Below are positions 13,710 to 26,820 of a DNA stretch of 64,000 nucleotides, piece by piece. The DNA lies in the NCBI RefSeq assembly GCF_026210795.1, contig NC_089430.1, positions 5,456,001-5,520,000 on the forward strand, written 5' to 3'. The notes below the pieces were generated by a model. That model saw nothing but the letters and a program-made list of their open reading frames with translations, searched no databases and was not told the DNA's origin. Origin of the DNA: Rhizophagus irregularis (lineage: Eukaryota). The translations under genes were made by a program, and so were the position numbers. How positions within the stretch are numbered: the stretch's first letter is position 1; every line of letters starts with the position of its first letter.

Positions 13710-16700
13710 GAGCAGGATTTTCACAATTTATAAACAAATTCAAATTGAGAGGATAAAAAAAAGCTAAAAAATTTGTGCGGGTTGAAAAGTGGAAAAAATA
13801 TTTATTTCGGACCGAGGTCATATAAATAGAAAATATAATCATCACGTGCTATGCATGTCATGTGACTTACATTATTCATTGTGGATTTGTTGAATACGAT
13901 TGAATTATGCATCCGGCGTGAAAATAAGATGTATAGAACTGGTCCTCCACAAATTTTGAGCTCTTCCCATAACAAAAAAAAATCAAAGAAAAAATTTTTA
14001 ATTTAGCATTTCAACGCACCGAGCGCAGTAACAGTAAGTTATATTACACAGGATTCTTGGCAAACGGTGATTTGTTACTTCAATGCATAAATAATTACCA
14101 TTTTTAGAAAGTAACACTGTCATACATTTAAAAACAAATTTCACGTCACAAATCTTCGTCAAAAGACACTAACTAAAAAAATTCCGAAATATTATATGAG
14201 TGGATTATGAGTTATGACACTTTTTTTAAGTGATACATATTGTAAATATTTTAATGCCTAGAACCTCTTTTTCATTATTTGTTTCTAGATAGATAAATAA
14301 ATAATATATTCATTTTTATTAATCCAATATCATTGTTTTATTTGCATGTTTATCATTTTCATTTTTTATTTGAAAAAATTTCTATCATTTTCTTAATAAA
14401 AATTCGAAGAAAAAGCCTGGTTCGTATGGATTGTGTTTATGTTTTCCATTTATGTTTAATCCACTTTTCACAATAATCACTTTTTTTTATTTTTTGTTTA
14501 TTCTTTTATTAACCTCTTAAGCTTGAATTTTTTTTTTATTATCAAATTTCATCGTCGTTATTAAAATAAAACGTGGATTATGTAAAAAAAAAATTTTTCA
14601 AAATATAAAATATTCGCAGTTCCGCACAAGAAATTAAAATGAATCATAATTGCAAAGAAATTTTTAGTCACCCAAAAATGAGAATTACTCACGCAAAAAA
14701 AAAAATAATAGCGTATAACCAAAATTGTCTAATAAAAAAAATAATAATAAATAATAAAAATTTACATTTTTTTTAAAAAAAAAATTCAGATTCAGAGTCA
14801 GCTTGATAATCAAACGGTTAAACTGTTGATCAGAAATAATTTTGTTAAAATTTTTTTTTTAAAAAAAAAATCCGCAGTCAAGCTTTGAAAGAGTTTAAGA
14901 AGATTATAGAAACTTTGAAAAGCGATGATAGTAATAATAATCCACCCGCTAAGAAAGAAAAATAATTTCGTTTGTTGCACAAAGTTACCATAAGTTAATA
15001 GTAAAGGACTCATCAATTGTAAATTGGAAAATAATAAGCATAAAATAGATATTTCATAAAATCTTACTTGTAGTCTTGTACGATACAAATAAAAAACTTG
15101 CGCATGCAAAACTATATATAATAAACAAAGCACAAAGTTACGATCCTAGGCTATTTAGTGCTTTTACAGCTAATTTGTTTAAATTTTCACTAACTAAATA
15201 TAAATTTGATTATATGGGATAAATCATTCATTTTCTTTTAAATCTGCCAATAGTAATTATTCAGAATGTGAAATTACTGGTTGAATCTGTGGAGAAAAGT
15301 AAGTTTATAAGTGCAATTTCGTTAATAATAATATTACTATTAATATTAAACATTCTTTATGGATTTCAATCAAAGATGATTAAAAGTTTGGAGAGTATAC
15401 GTATTTTTGTTTAACACTAATTATAGAATACATAGAATAGAAATGTAAACATAGTCGTTCAAATGTAACTGTCGTTTTTTCAAAATTAGTATTAGTGAAA
15501 TTGATACAATGACGATCATTAAAAATCACATAAAAAAATACGTAGAATTAAAATAAAGCGTCAAAAATATTTATATTGAGTTTCGTTATAATACAAAAAA
15601 AAAACTCATTTTATCCAATTATGGTTTTCCGTAGTAATTAATTATCATTAAAAACTAAAAAAAAAAATAAGAATGAAAAAATAATATTTTAGTTTCATAA
15701 TAAAAGTTTGTGATTTCAAAAATTAAAGAACATATCATACATAGGACTTAATTTAGTACTGTACTTATAAAATATGCTTAATACGTGTGATAAAAAGATT
15801 TCATATCCTTGTTTATAATATATAGTGAAAATATTATTAATAACTAATGGTTTATATCGTAATAATCTACTGATTTCACTCTTTTTTTTTTGTTTAAGAA
15901 TCAGATAAATTATTCAAGGAAATAATGATTGCCAAATTAAAGTTTTTACATTTTTTATAAATTTTTCCGTTAATTGGATTTTCTCGCTTGCAACCAAGGA
16001 CCAGTTTAAAATTCTTTACTTTAATATTCGTTAATGAGCTACTATCTAAATTAATAAAATTATTACTCATAACCCTATTTTACTTTTAATTTCAATAGAT
16101 TAATTTTAAATTTATTGTGATGCTTTTTCTTTTTAAAAAAAAAATGATCACGTGACTGGACATGTCGATCATTACATAATTAATACGAACTCCAAAACGC
16201 CAAATTTTTTTTTTGTTATCCAAATTTAGTTAACATCAGCGTGTTGAGGAAATCATATTATTCAATCGTAAATCTACAATGTGCATAACTAATTTTGATG
16301 ATACCAGTTAGTGATAAATGAGTTGACTAACAATGCAAAAAGTTAGAACTCCTTTCTTGAACGAATTTATACGTCTCTTTAGAATGAGAAGTTATTGATT
16401 TGATAATTTTCCCTGATCAGTTATTCGGTCATCCTGAATTTTTAAGAAATTTTTTTACAAAAAAAAAAATCTTTAGTCAGGAATAACTACTTTATTTTAT
16501 TTACTTTTCTTAACAATTTGCTTATTCTTGTTTTTTTCGGAAACGTTTCTATGATTCTATTTAGATGAAGTAGACTTCCCGCTTTTTTTTAATTTAGCTC
16601 TTTCTTAGCTAATTTGTGAGTTAAAAATTTACCCAATGTTTGTTATTGGCACATTAATATCTTAGTTTCAACTTTAAGTATTATGATGTAATGATTACCA

Positions 16701-16856
16701 AATAAATGATCGACGATTAAACCTTCCCATATATACAATAGCCTCAAGTCAGGCTGAAATTATATATTTTCCCTAAATCAATATAAAATTTTTTATTTAT
16801 TCTTTCTATTTTTTTTAACTTTCTTCAGATTAATTTAAATTTTAATTAAAAACCAA

Positions 16857-19800
16857 ATGTACTGTATAAAGAAATTAATCAAGTCATCAAACACTGACGA
16901 AGAATTGAATGATATATGTGAAAATTGTAAACGTGTATGTTATGGAATAAATTTTCAAAGAAATTTTAAAAATTGGACTAGTGGCAATAATTATATTGAT
17001 ATTTTTATTCAAGTTACTCAATTATCCGTTCATTATCAATGTGAAATATCAAATGCATTAGAATGGATACCTTATGATAAATTTTATAATATTAAATATA
17101 TTTTAGAAGATACTTTTGGTAAAGAATATAAAGCAAATTGGATTGATGGATATATTTATAAATGGAATAATTATTTTAAAAATTGGAAAAGACGTAATAA
17201 AAATATGTTTGTAATTTTAAAAAGTTTAAATGATCCAAAATATATTACATTAAATTTTATGAATGAGGTATAATTTTATATGAAAAATAATTTTTTTTTT
17301 TTTTACAAAATTTTAATCTTTACAATACTTTTAGATTGAAAAGAAACATGAAACTTATGGAATAACTCAAAATCCGAAAACGAAAAATTATATGATTGTA
17401 TTAGATGATAAATGCAAGTGTAATATCATATGTAATGCGAAAATTTTTCAACAAAACTTCAAAAATTGGACTAGTGGTAACAAAGATATCGACAAATTCA
17501 TTCAAGGTACACAATTATTGGCTCATAATAATGTAGAAAACACATTAGAATGGATACCATATGATAGATTCTATGATATCAATTATATTGCAGAAGATAA
17601 TATCTACAAAGCAAATTGGATTGATGGATGTATAGATGAATGGGATATTGAAAATCATAATTGGAAAAGATATAATCAAAATATGTTTGTAAATTTAAAA
17701 AGTTTAGATAATTCTAAAAATATTACATCAGAATTAATAAATAAGGTATAGTTCATTTTTGAATGAAAGTTTAAATATTTTTGTAAATTCACTATAATTT
17801 TAAAAAGCATTATTTAAATATTTTTACTAATATATTATATTTATAGGCCAATCAGACCAATCATAGGCTTTATGGAATAACTCAGGATCCAGAATCAAAA
17901 AATTATATGATGGTCTTAAATGATGAATGTAAAAAATGTTATCATGCATGTAATGCAACTATTTTTCAAAATAATTTTAAAAATTGGACCAGTGGTAATA
18001 ATGATATTGATAAACTTATTCAAGATACTCAGCTATCAGCTCATAAAAATGCAGGAAATGCATTAGAATGGATACCTTATGATAAATTTCACAATATCAA
18101 ACATATTGCAAAAGATGAATTTGGCGAAATATATGAGGCAAATTGGATTGATGGACTTATAGATAAATGGGATGATGAAAATCAAAATTGGAAAAGATAT
18201 AATCAAAATATGTTTGTAAATTTGAAGGGTTTAAATACCCCAGAAAATCTTACATTAGAATTTATAAATAAGGTATGATAAGCTTATTAACAAGATTATA
18301 AGTATTTTTTTTTTCTAACATATTATTATTACATTTGTAGATTAAAAGAGACCATGAATTGTATGGAATGACTCAGGATCCCAAAAAAAATTATATGATC
18401 GTTTTAAATAATAAATGTGCGAAATGTAATTATATATGTAATTCAATATATTTTCAAAGAAATTTTAAAAGTTGGACTAGTGGTAATAATGATATTGATA
18501 AGCTTATTCAAGATGCACAACTATCAACTCATGAAAATGCAGGAAATGCACTAGAATGGATACCTTATGATAGATTTTATAATATAAAATATATTTTAGA
18601 AGATAGTTTTGGTAAAGAATATAAAGCAAATTGGATTGATGGATATGTTTATAAATGGAATAATAATTTTAGAAATTGGAGAAGACGTAATAAAAATATG
18701 TTTGTAACTTTAAAAAGTTTAAATAATCCAAAAAATGTTAAATCAGTAATTATGAACGAGGTATTGTTTTAACGAAATTTTAAATTTTGATTCTTCCTAT
18801 TTTTACTATACTAATATATTATATTTATATTTAATAGATTCATAGTAGTTATGGAATAACTCAAGATCCACAGACAAAAAATTATATGATGGTTTTGAGT
18901 GATAAATGTAAAAAATGTAATAAAATATGTAATACAATATACTTTCAACGAAATTTTAAAAGTTGGACTAGTGGTAATAATGATATTGATAAGATTATTC
19001 AAGATGCACAATTATCAGCTCATAAAAATGCAAGAAATGTATTAGAATGGATACCTTATGATAAATTCTATAATATTAAATATATTGCAAAAGGTGGATT
19101 TGGCAAAGTATATAAAGCGAATTGGATTGATGGACGTATATGGGATTGGAATGATAAAAATCAAAATTGGGAAAGATATGGTAAAAATATGGTTGTGGCG
19201 TTGAAAAGTTTAAATAATTCGAAAAATGTTACATTTGAATTCATGAATGAGGTATAATTTATTTTTATTTGATCAATTATTAATGAAAATTCTAAAATTT
19301 TAATCGTATTAATTTTTATATTTAGATAACATCTCATCATAAAGTAAGTAATGATATTATTATTGGATTTTATGGAATAACTCAAGATCCGGAAACAAAA
19401 GATTATATGATGGTTTTAGAATATGCAATAAATGGAAGTTTACGAAATTATTTAGACACAAATTATAATAAATTAAGTTGGGAAAGAAAAATTAGAGATT
19501 TATGTGATGTTGCAAAGGGACTTGAATCCATCCATAATAATAACTTAATTCATCGAGATTTACATATTGGTAATATACTAATGGGTAATGATACAGTTTA
19601 TATAACTGATATGGGATTATGTAAACCTGCGGATTATAATGAATCAGAAAATGCAAAAAACAACACGTATGGTGTATTACCATATATAGCTCCTGAAATT
19701 TTAAGAGGAGAAAATTATACCGAAGCTTCAGATATTTATAGTTTTGGTATAATTATGTATGAAGTGATTTCTGGATTACCTCCATATCATGATCTCAACC

Positions 19801-20291
19801 ATGATCAATATTTAGCAATAAAAATTTGTCAAGGACTTAGACCAAGATTTAATATTAAAGTACCACAATTTATCGTTGATCTAGTTAAAAGTTGTTTAGA
19901 TGCAAACCCATTAAATCGACCAACAGCAAAAGAAATTTATGAAATTTTTAACCCATGGAGTTTATCAACAGAATTACGAAAACAAATTAGTAAAACGGTC
20001 GAAATAAACAACAATTCATCAAATAATAAAATACCTTCAACTAATTTAGGATTATCATATAAAACACATTCGGAAACTTTTTATGCAAGTAGATTGCTTA
20101 ATTTTGATAATCTACCTGAACCGAAAAATTCTGATGATTATTATGAACGAAATGATAATATAATTGGCATGGAAATTTCAGGTATTAATTAATTAATAAT
20201 AATTCAAATCACTTTTTAATATTATAATAATAATACTAATAATTGATTTTTAATTTATTAAATAGAATCTTTACAAATTGATATTTCTTAA
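16857..20291 (+). CDS. Kinase B: TKL-type kinase with 5 N-lobe modules
   Basis: ORF modules at 16857, 17392, 17907, 18359 and 18886 splice in frame; only the last has GGFGKVY/VALK. Catalytic exon ~19326-20181 (HRDLHIGN, TDMGL, APE). A single tail exon from 20266 (ESLQIDIS) ends at TAA 20289-20291. Confidence 0.87.
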
Positions 20292-21526
20292 TCGAATGAA
20301 AATGGTTATATACAGTTAATGTCTTTGAATAATTTTTTTTGATTCGTACTTAATATATTCTATAGTTTTTCCATGTTAAATAACAAACATAGGCAAAGAA
20401 AAATTTAGAATAAATTTAGGACCTTTTGTTCTATTCCTAAAAATCTTCTTATCAAAAATTTATGTTATGGTGTTTGAAATAGACAGTAGGATCTGCAGAA
20501 AAGGTCATAGGGAAAGGAAAAATTATCATTATATTTTATTGTAATATTTCTAAACATTTGCACAATAAAATAGTAATTTAAGTTAATAAATACTAATATC
20601 ATATGTAAAATGTGTCGAGATAATTTGTTATCTTTTCACGAATAAGCATTTCTTTTATTATTAATCTTACCATCAGACGTCAGTATATTGTCGAGTTACC
20701 AAGGCTGATAAATTCTTTTTTAAAGTAAAAAATCTGAAACTGAAAGTAATGATGTTTGTTTTATCTTATTTTATTTATTTTATTACTATTATTATTTTTT
20801 TCCTTTTTTTTATGAAGTGTATATCATGCGTTCTGTTTTTTTTATTAATCTAGTTTTTTTTTTGGTCAGCTTGTGAGTCATGTTATGCACACGACTCAAT
20901 CGACTCCTGATTTAAATTATTATGTCAGCATTTTTTATTGTATATTAATTCGTGATCCGTGAGTAGGGATGGAAAAAGTTCCAAATGGAGTGACTCAAAT
21001 TGGTTTTAAAACTGAACGTTGGAGCCATTTTTGAGCTGACCGAGCAGCTCAGTGAAACGAACGGTTTGACTCTGAAAATCAACTCTGGAAGCTAAACTGG
21101 TCACGTGGCATTACACAAATTCCAAAAAGAAAATTTGTGCTGATCATATAATTCCGGCCGGAATTATGAATATCAGAAGTGATTCAGGACCCAGAAATAT
21201 ATATCATATGGGCGAGTTTAGTTCATTTAAATTTAATTGATATAATTGCCTTATCTGTCCCATTACATAATACCAATGTGTTCGATATTCATGTGATATT
21301 ATGTCATGTGAATATACAGATTTTATTAAATAAAATTTTCCATCTAACTAATCGTTAAACAAAAATAACTTAACGAAAAAAATGCGTTCAACCCATCCGA
21401 CTAACCTTGGTATATATTTCAGGCTAAACCTGCTGATTTTTCTTTAAATTTATGAATTTGTTTTATTAGTTTTCTCTATTTTTTTTTTTTAGCTATTGTT
21501 TACTTACAGATTTCTCTTTTTTAGTC

Positions 21527-22141
21527 ATGTCTACTCAAGATTCAACTAAGTTATATTGCTCTATTTGCAAAAGGCGTGCAAAAGGGTTTAAAAATCGCTC
21601 AGGACTTCAACGACATGAAACACTAAAACATGTGTCCTACAATACACTTCCGTCACACGTTCGGTCAGTTCCAAACTCCGAACTTTCACATTTAAAAAAA
21701 GCTATAATCAAAGAGTTGCAAAAACGTCTTAAAAATCATCACACTGCTGTTGGGAAACAAGTATTTTCAATACATTGCAGTGAAGATGCTTTTGTTAGTA
21801 TTTTTAAAAATCATATAACTCGTTATTCTCCATGTGGGTCTTCTTATTTTTGTAGTTTTAAGGGGGAAAAAGCCTTTGAAGAAGTTGGAAAAATCTTGGA
21901 TGATGAAAATTGGGGAGAACGTAATTATGGAGGAGGGCAATTAAGCTTTGTCCGTTTGCATATGCCTGAGGTTGAAAATAGTAATTATGAACAAAGTGCA
22001 AAAAAATCTAAAACAAAATCATTAGTTAATGGAGAAATGACTGTTCAATGGAAGGTGACAGGGGGTAAAGATAAAGAGAACCATAAATTTGAAGCAGGTT
22101 CAGCTCAATTTCGTTTTTTTTTAGATCAATGTCAAATTTAA
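21527..22141 (+). CDS. 204-aa transposon-borne protein with an N-terminal C2H2 zinc finger
   Basis: Uninterrupted ORF with YCSICKRRAKGFKNRSGLQRHETLKH (C-x2-C...H-x4-H). A likely 5'UTR intron lies at ~21410-21492; the remainder of the protein is unrecognised. Confidence 0.75.
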   Translation: MSTQDSTKLYCSICKRRAKGFKNRSGLQRHETLKHVSYNTLPSHVRSVPNSELSHLKKAIIKELQKRLKNHHTAVGKQVFSIHCSEDAFVSIFKNHITRYSPCGSSYFCSFKGEKAFEEVGKILDDENWGERNYGGGQLSFVRLHMPEVENSNYEQSAKKSKTKSLVNGEMTVQWKVTGGKDKENHKFEAGSAQFRFFLDQCQI

Positions 22142-22251
22142 AGAAAATCTTATAATGTAAATAGCAAATAATAAAAAAAATTATATAGATAAATTAGTTC
22201 AATTGAATACGTTTTTTCATTTTTTTTTATTTGATAACAAATAAAATCCTG

Positions 22252-24523
22252 TTATTCGAGTCTGTATTTTTTGGATTTTTTAAAAAAATTAGGAACTCTA
22301 TTTGATGCAAAGTACAATTGCCGATTTTCATGCTCTAACATTTCCAAAATTGCTGATTTTCGCGAATTTCTATTCCCTCCATCTTTCAATGTGTTTTGAA
22401 AATAAAGGCATATCTGCATATGATTTTTTTTTTCAACTGGAGAACATGAAAATGCTGCCAATCCAAACTTATGATGAATTTCAAGAAACTCCGCAACATG
22501 ATTGCATAACACATGAATATATGGTGTTATATCCTGAATACGATACATGCCTCTAACAAAATTACCTCTATTTGGATGTCCTGTAGAAGGAGCTGTAAAT
22601 TCATCTAACCAAGATTTGGCCTTATAACGAAAAAATTCACCAGTTGTTTTTTTATCTTGTATTAGATGATATAGTTCATTAAATTGATCCCATAAGGCAC
22701 GGATTTGTATGGCTTGTGTTATTGATTGAAATACAGCAAAAAGGTCAAATTCTTTTAGAACTTTTAATTTGTCTGGACCCATTAATGAAGTATAAGACAG
22801 ATTATTTGTATTTTTTTCATGCCAAAATTGAAACGAAATATTAAGTCTTTGCATTTCTGATAAAATTTTTCCTTTCCAAATTTCTTCATTTGCAGTCTCA
22901 CGGCGGAGATCAGAAATCATTAGTTCCCACAGTCTATCTGTTAATCGCAAAAAAATATGCAACTCGTCAACCACCCAATTTTGTAATGGTATCATATGAA
23001 ATAAAGGTTCTTTGATATGGCCATTTATTTGTTTATAATTGACTTTAATATTATCCATTGATTTGTTGATTTTTTTTGAAGTAGTATTAATGCTATTTTT
23101 ATTACAATCACACCATGGACAGAAATACTGTGCATTAGCAGCATTCATTCCTAAACAAATTGCTAAAAATTTCCAATCGGAACTGAAATATAGTTCTACG
23201 GGCCATTGGTTGCCACCTATTTGATTAAAACCTTTCTCTTTTAATATACATAAATCAGAAATTAAAGGAGTTAATACATTCTTAAGAGACTCATATGTTT
23301 CAGCTCCTGGATATAAAACCAAAGTATAGTGGTTATCTGGTTTTTGTAATCCATTTAAATCATTCAATAATGTCATTGTGACCATTACATGTTTCACTTT
23401 GCGTCCAACATTACGCCCATCTCCTGAAATTCGAATATGTAATGTTGATTGTCTAGGAATTAAAATTCCTTTTTCAATATATAATGGTATTATATAGTTT
23501 AAAATATCTGTTATACGACGTTGACCTCCTTTTCCAATTGATTCTAACATATTTGTAATAATTTCACTATCAGTAATATTTGGTTCTTCTCTAATTGGTT
23601 CAAATTTAGTCAGTTGCAATAAATCAACAAGAGTTAGTGGGACCTGTTTCTTCATTTCTGCATTAATTTTTTGCCATATATCACATACTGCCTTTTCACA
23701 TGGAAGATCTTCAATTCGTGCTAGAGATCGATAAGCTTCTCTTGATATATGACCTTTATCCAAAGATTTAACTACTGCTTCAATTTTTTTTATTTCCTCT
23801 ATTTTATTCACCTTTCCAAAATTAATATCATATACATCATCATCTATCTCAAATTTTATTTGTTTAAGTTTTATTTGATCATCTGGATGAAATGTATTGT
23901 CTCTTTCTCTTTCAACAATATCTAAAATACTCTGTGATAATCCAAGTATTCTGCGACGTTTTTGAGAATTACCAAGATCAATAAATGGCCGAATTTTAAG
24001 ATCTAGAGACATTGTTCTACGCACTCGTTCAACACTAAGTAACTTGAGACCAAAAAGTAAAGGACCAGATATTTTTCCTTTATTTTCTTTGTTTGACTGG
24101 TCCCTATTTCGATTTTTCTCCATTTCTTTCATTCCATTAAACTCCTAATAGAATAATTAGTTAATATTTATTTCAACAATAAAAAATATTTTTAAAAAAT
24201 AAATGTACCTGATAATACTTGCAGGCAGCATCTGTAGATGTCTCCCAGGAATGTACTTCTCTTGAAAAATTAACTCCAAAGCAAATTTTGTATAAAGGTT
24301 TTTTTTCCACATATTCAATTGAACATTCAACTGTATAAATTGCTTTTCCATATTGGGTCTTGACAACATAATTATGAGGAATTGGATGTTTCGGATTCCT
24401 GGTATAATGAAGTTGTTCTGTAAGAGGATATGTTCCCTCTTTTATTATCTCGTAAAAATAGGTTCTTTTATTATCAAAAAGTTTTATAAATGAACTTTTA
24501 GGATAAGTGCCTTCTTCTTTCAT
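22252..24523 (-). CDS. About 735-aa DDE transposase with a RAG1/Transib-like core and an FYR-like N-terminus (2 exons)
   Basis: Exons 24523-24209 and 24144-22252 join in frame (YYQ|EFNGMKE). Motifs ISGDG, SSDWKFL, FCPWCD, DELH, TPYIHVLCNHV and AFSCSPVEKKN are collinear with RAG1 catalytic and Zn-binding motifs. Confidence 0.82.
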
Positions 24524-24999
24524 AATTTATGTTTTACGTAATTATACTAGATTTATAAAAATAAAAAATGAATATATTAAAAATGTGATAAGTAATAAAA
24601 AAAATTATTTGAAAAAATTTAATAAAAAAAAAAAAATATTTAAAAAAAAAGATGCGTCGAAAAATGACTATCAGATCAAAATTTGTTATGCTTTTAAATC
24701 AAGATTAAAACCTGTATTCAATCCAAATTTAGTTATAAGCCTGATGATCATTTCCCAAATTGAAAACTTAACCTTACTTATTTAATCTATTTATATACCT
24801 GACAATTGTAATCTGACAGACAAGAATCGATCTGAGGCACAACATGTACTGTACATGAATTTTTTTTGCGGGATTTTTTTTAAAACTATTTTTTTAGAAC
24901 AGATAACCTGAAAAGTGTATATTATATATATGCCTCAGTAAGTTTTTAGGGAAAGGTTTAATATTAATGTATTTTTATTAATAGTATTTCTTTTTCTTT

Positions 25000-26820
25000 A
25001 TAGGAAATAAACTTGGAGACCTTGTATTTGGCATCTCTTTAATAAATTACACGTCAGAGTTTGCCGAAGCAGTTCAAGAAAAGTTTAGCAAATTTAAAAA
25101 TATTGAAATTCCAAAAGCTATTAATTATGAGCTCCCAGTGTATTATTTATACGGTGATGTGCTCACCATATTGGGTTAGTTAGACAAGAGGGTTTTCTAG
25201 CATTTCGATTGTATATTTTTTTAGGTGGTTCTTCCAGTTTCCTTAGACGCAAAATTTTGGTAAGTTTTTTTTATTTTTATTTTTTTCTTAATTGTTTTTA
25301 TTTTAACAAACAATTTCTAACAGTTTGTTCTTTCCTTTATCTAGGCAGTTCTCTTTGGATATTGGATTCTAGTAAGGTTAATTTCTATTTTTTTTGTATT
25401 TTATTTTAGTGAACTTTACTAACAGTTCATTTTTTCCAATTTTTTCATTTCTTTTAGATTTTGCCAATTCTCTCTGAAAATAGAGGTGGTGTCCTTCTTT
25501 TTTGTTTTCTTCTGTCTTGTTTTCTTTTGCCTTTTTATTAACTTTTATTTTTCTTTTTTGTAGATTTTGTCTTTTTTTTTTCTTTTAGATTTTGGCGGCT
25601 TCTTTTTTTCAGATTTCTCTAGGTTTGCTTATTCTCTTCAGGTTATTTTTTTTCTTTTCATTTCATTACTAATTTTCACCTTGCTTTTTCATTTTATTAG
25701 GTTTTAATACTTTTTCTTAGGTTTCTGCAGCTTTCTTTACGGAATAGAGATTGGTATTCTTTTACTTTAATTTTATTTTTCCGTCATTTTCTTTACTAAT
25801 TTATCCTTTCTTTGGCTGGCTCTTCTTTTTTTTAGGTGCCAGCGATTTTTCTTTTTTAGGCTTGACAGTTCTCTTTGGAAATAAAGGTTAATGCCCAATT
25901 TTTTTCATTATTTTTTTTTGTTTCGTTTTCTTTTACTAATGTTCATTTTGTTCATTTATTTCTTTTCTTTAGGTTTCAGACAGCTTGTTCTTAGAATCTG
26001 TAAGTTCCAGTACTTTTTTCTTTATAATTTAACAAAACTTTAACTAACGATTTCTTTTTTTTTCCTTTTTTAGGCGGATTTCTTAGACGTGCGTAATGGT
26101 GTGTGGTATTTTTCTTTAACTTGTTTATTTATGAACTATTAACTAGCAGTTTTTTCCTTTTTTAGGTAATTTTTCAGGCTCTTGGACACACGGAAATTTG
26201 GTGAGAGGAACAAATGATTACTACATTTCGCTTTTTTGGACTATTTAAAAATGATTTTTTTAACTTTTTTTATATTTGTAGGAATGGTATCACATCGGAA
26301 CCCTAGGTAAGTTTTTCGAGAAGCTTTTGAAAGCATCATCAAAGAAAATAATATATTAAAGTATTTTTTTATTTGTAGGCTCCGCACTTCTTTTCTTTGA
26401 ATGACTTTTTTTTAATGAAACTCTCACTAACGTTTCATTCATTCTTTTTTTTTAGATGGTTCTGAAGTGTGGAATTTCAGTTGAAATTTGTCAATGACGA
26501 ATTTAGAGATCTTGGGATGTTATAATGGGTCATCATAAAGATGTGATCCAAATCATCAAGATTAACTGGATTATCTGTCAGAACCTCCCTTGAAAGGTAT
26601 TTTAAAGATAAAGATGGCAGATTTTTTTTTTAATTAGGGATGTTAGTAAAGTTACTAACACCTCTTTATTTATTTATTTTTTATAGAAAGGAACCACTTC
26701 AGTATTAATGGAACAGCTTTTGAAGGCATTTAAAGGAGAAGGGAATTTTTTAGTCTGGGATTATCTAGCTAATGGATTGATCAGATTCATCCAGATCGTA
26801 CCTCAGGGTGAAGGATATAT
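25000..26820 (+). other. Chain of tiny exon-like segments with splice signals inside the transposon (putative spliced non-coding or degenerate transcript)
   Basis: About a dozen repeated GT(aag)...CTAAC/CTAAT...polyT-AG units separated by ~25-40 nt segments; no convincing ORF. Confidence 0.45.

Noticed and set aside
10725..13724. Each module ORF as a separate small gene
   Set aside because: The ORF ends coincide with GT donors and in-frame acceptors precede the apparent ATGs; they are exons of one gene.
20964..21185. hAT-like element starting TAGGGATG that hosts the 6.3-kb transposon
   Set aside because: No matching CATCCCTA end or TSD was found after 27504, so it cannot be delimited.
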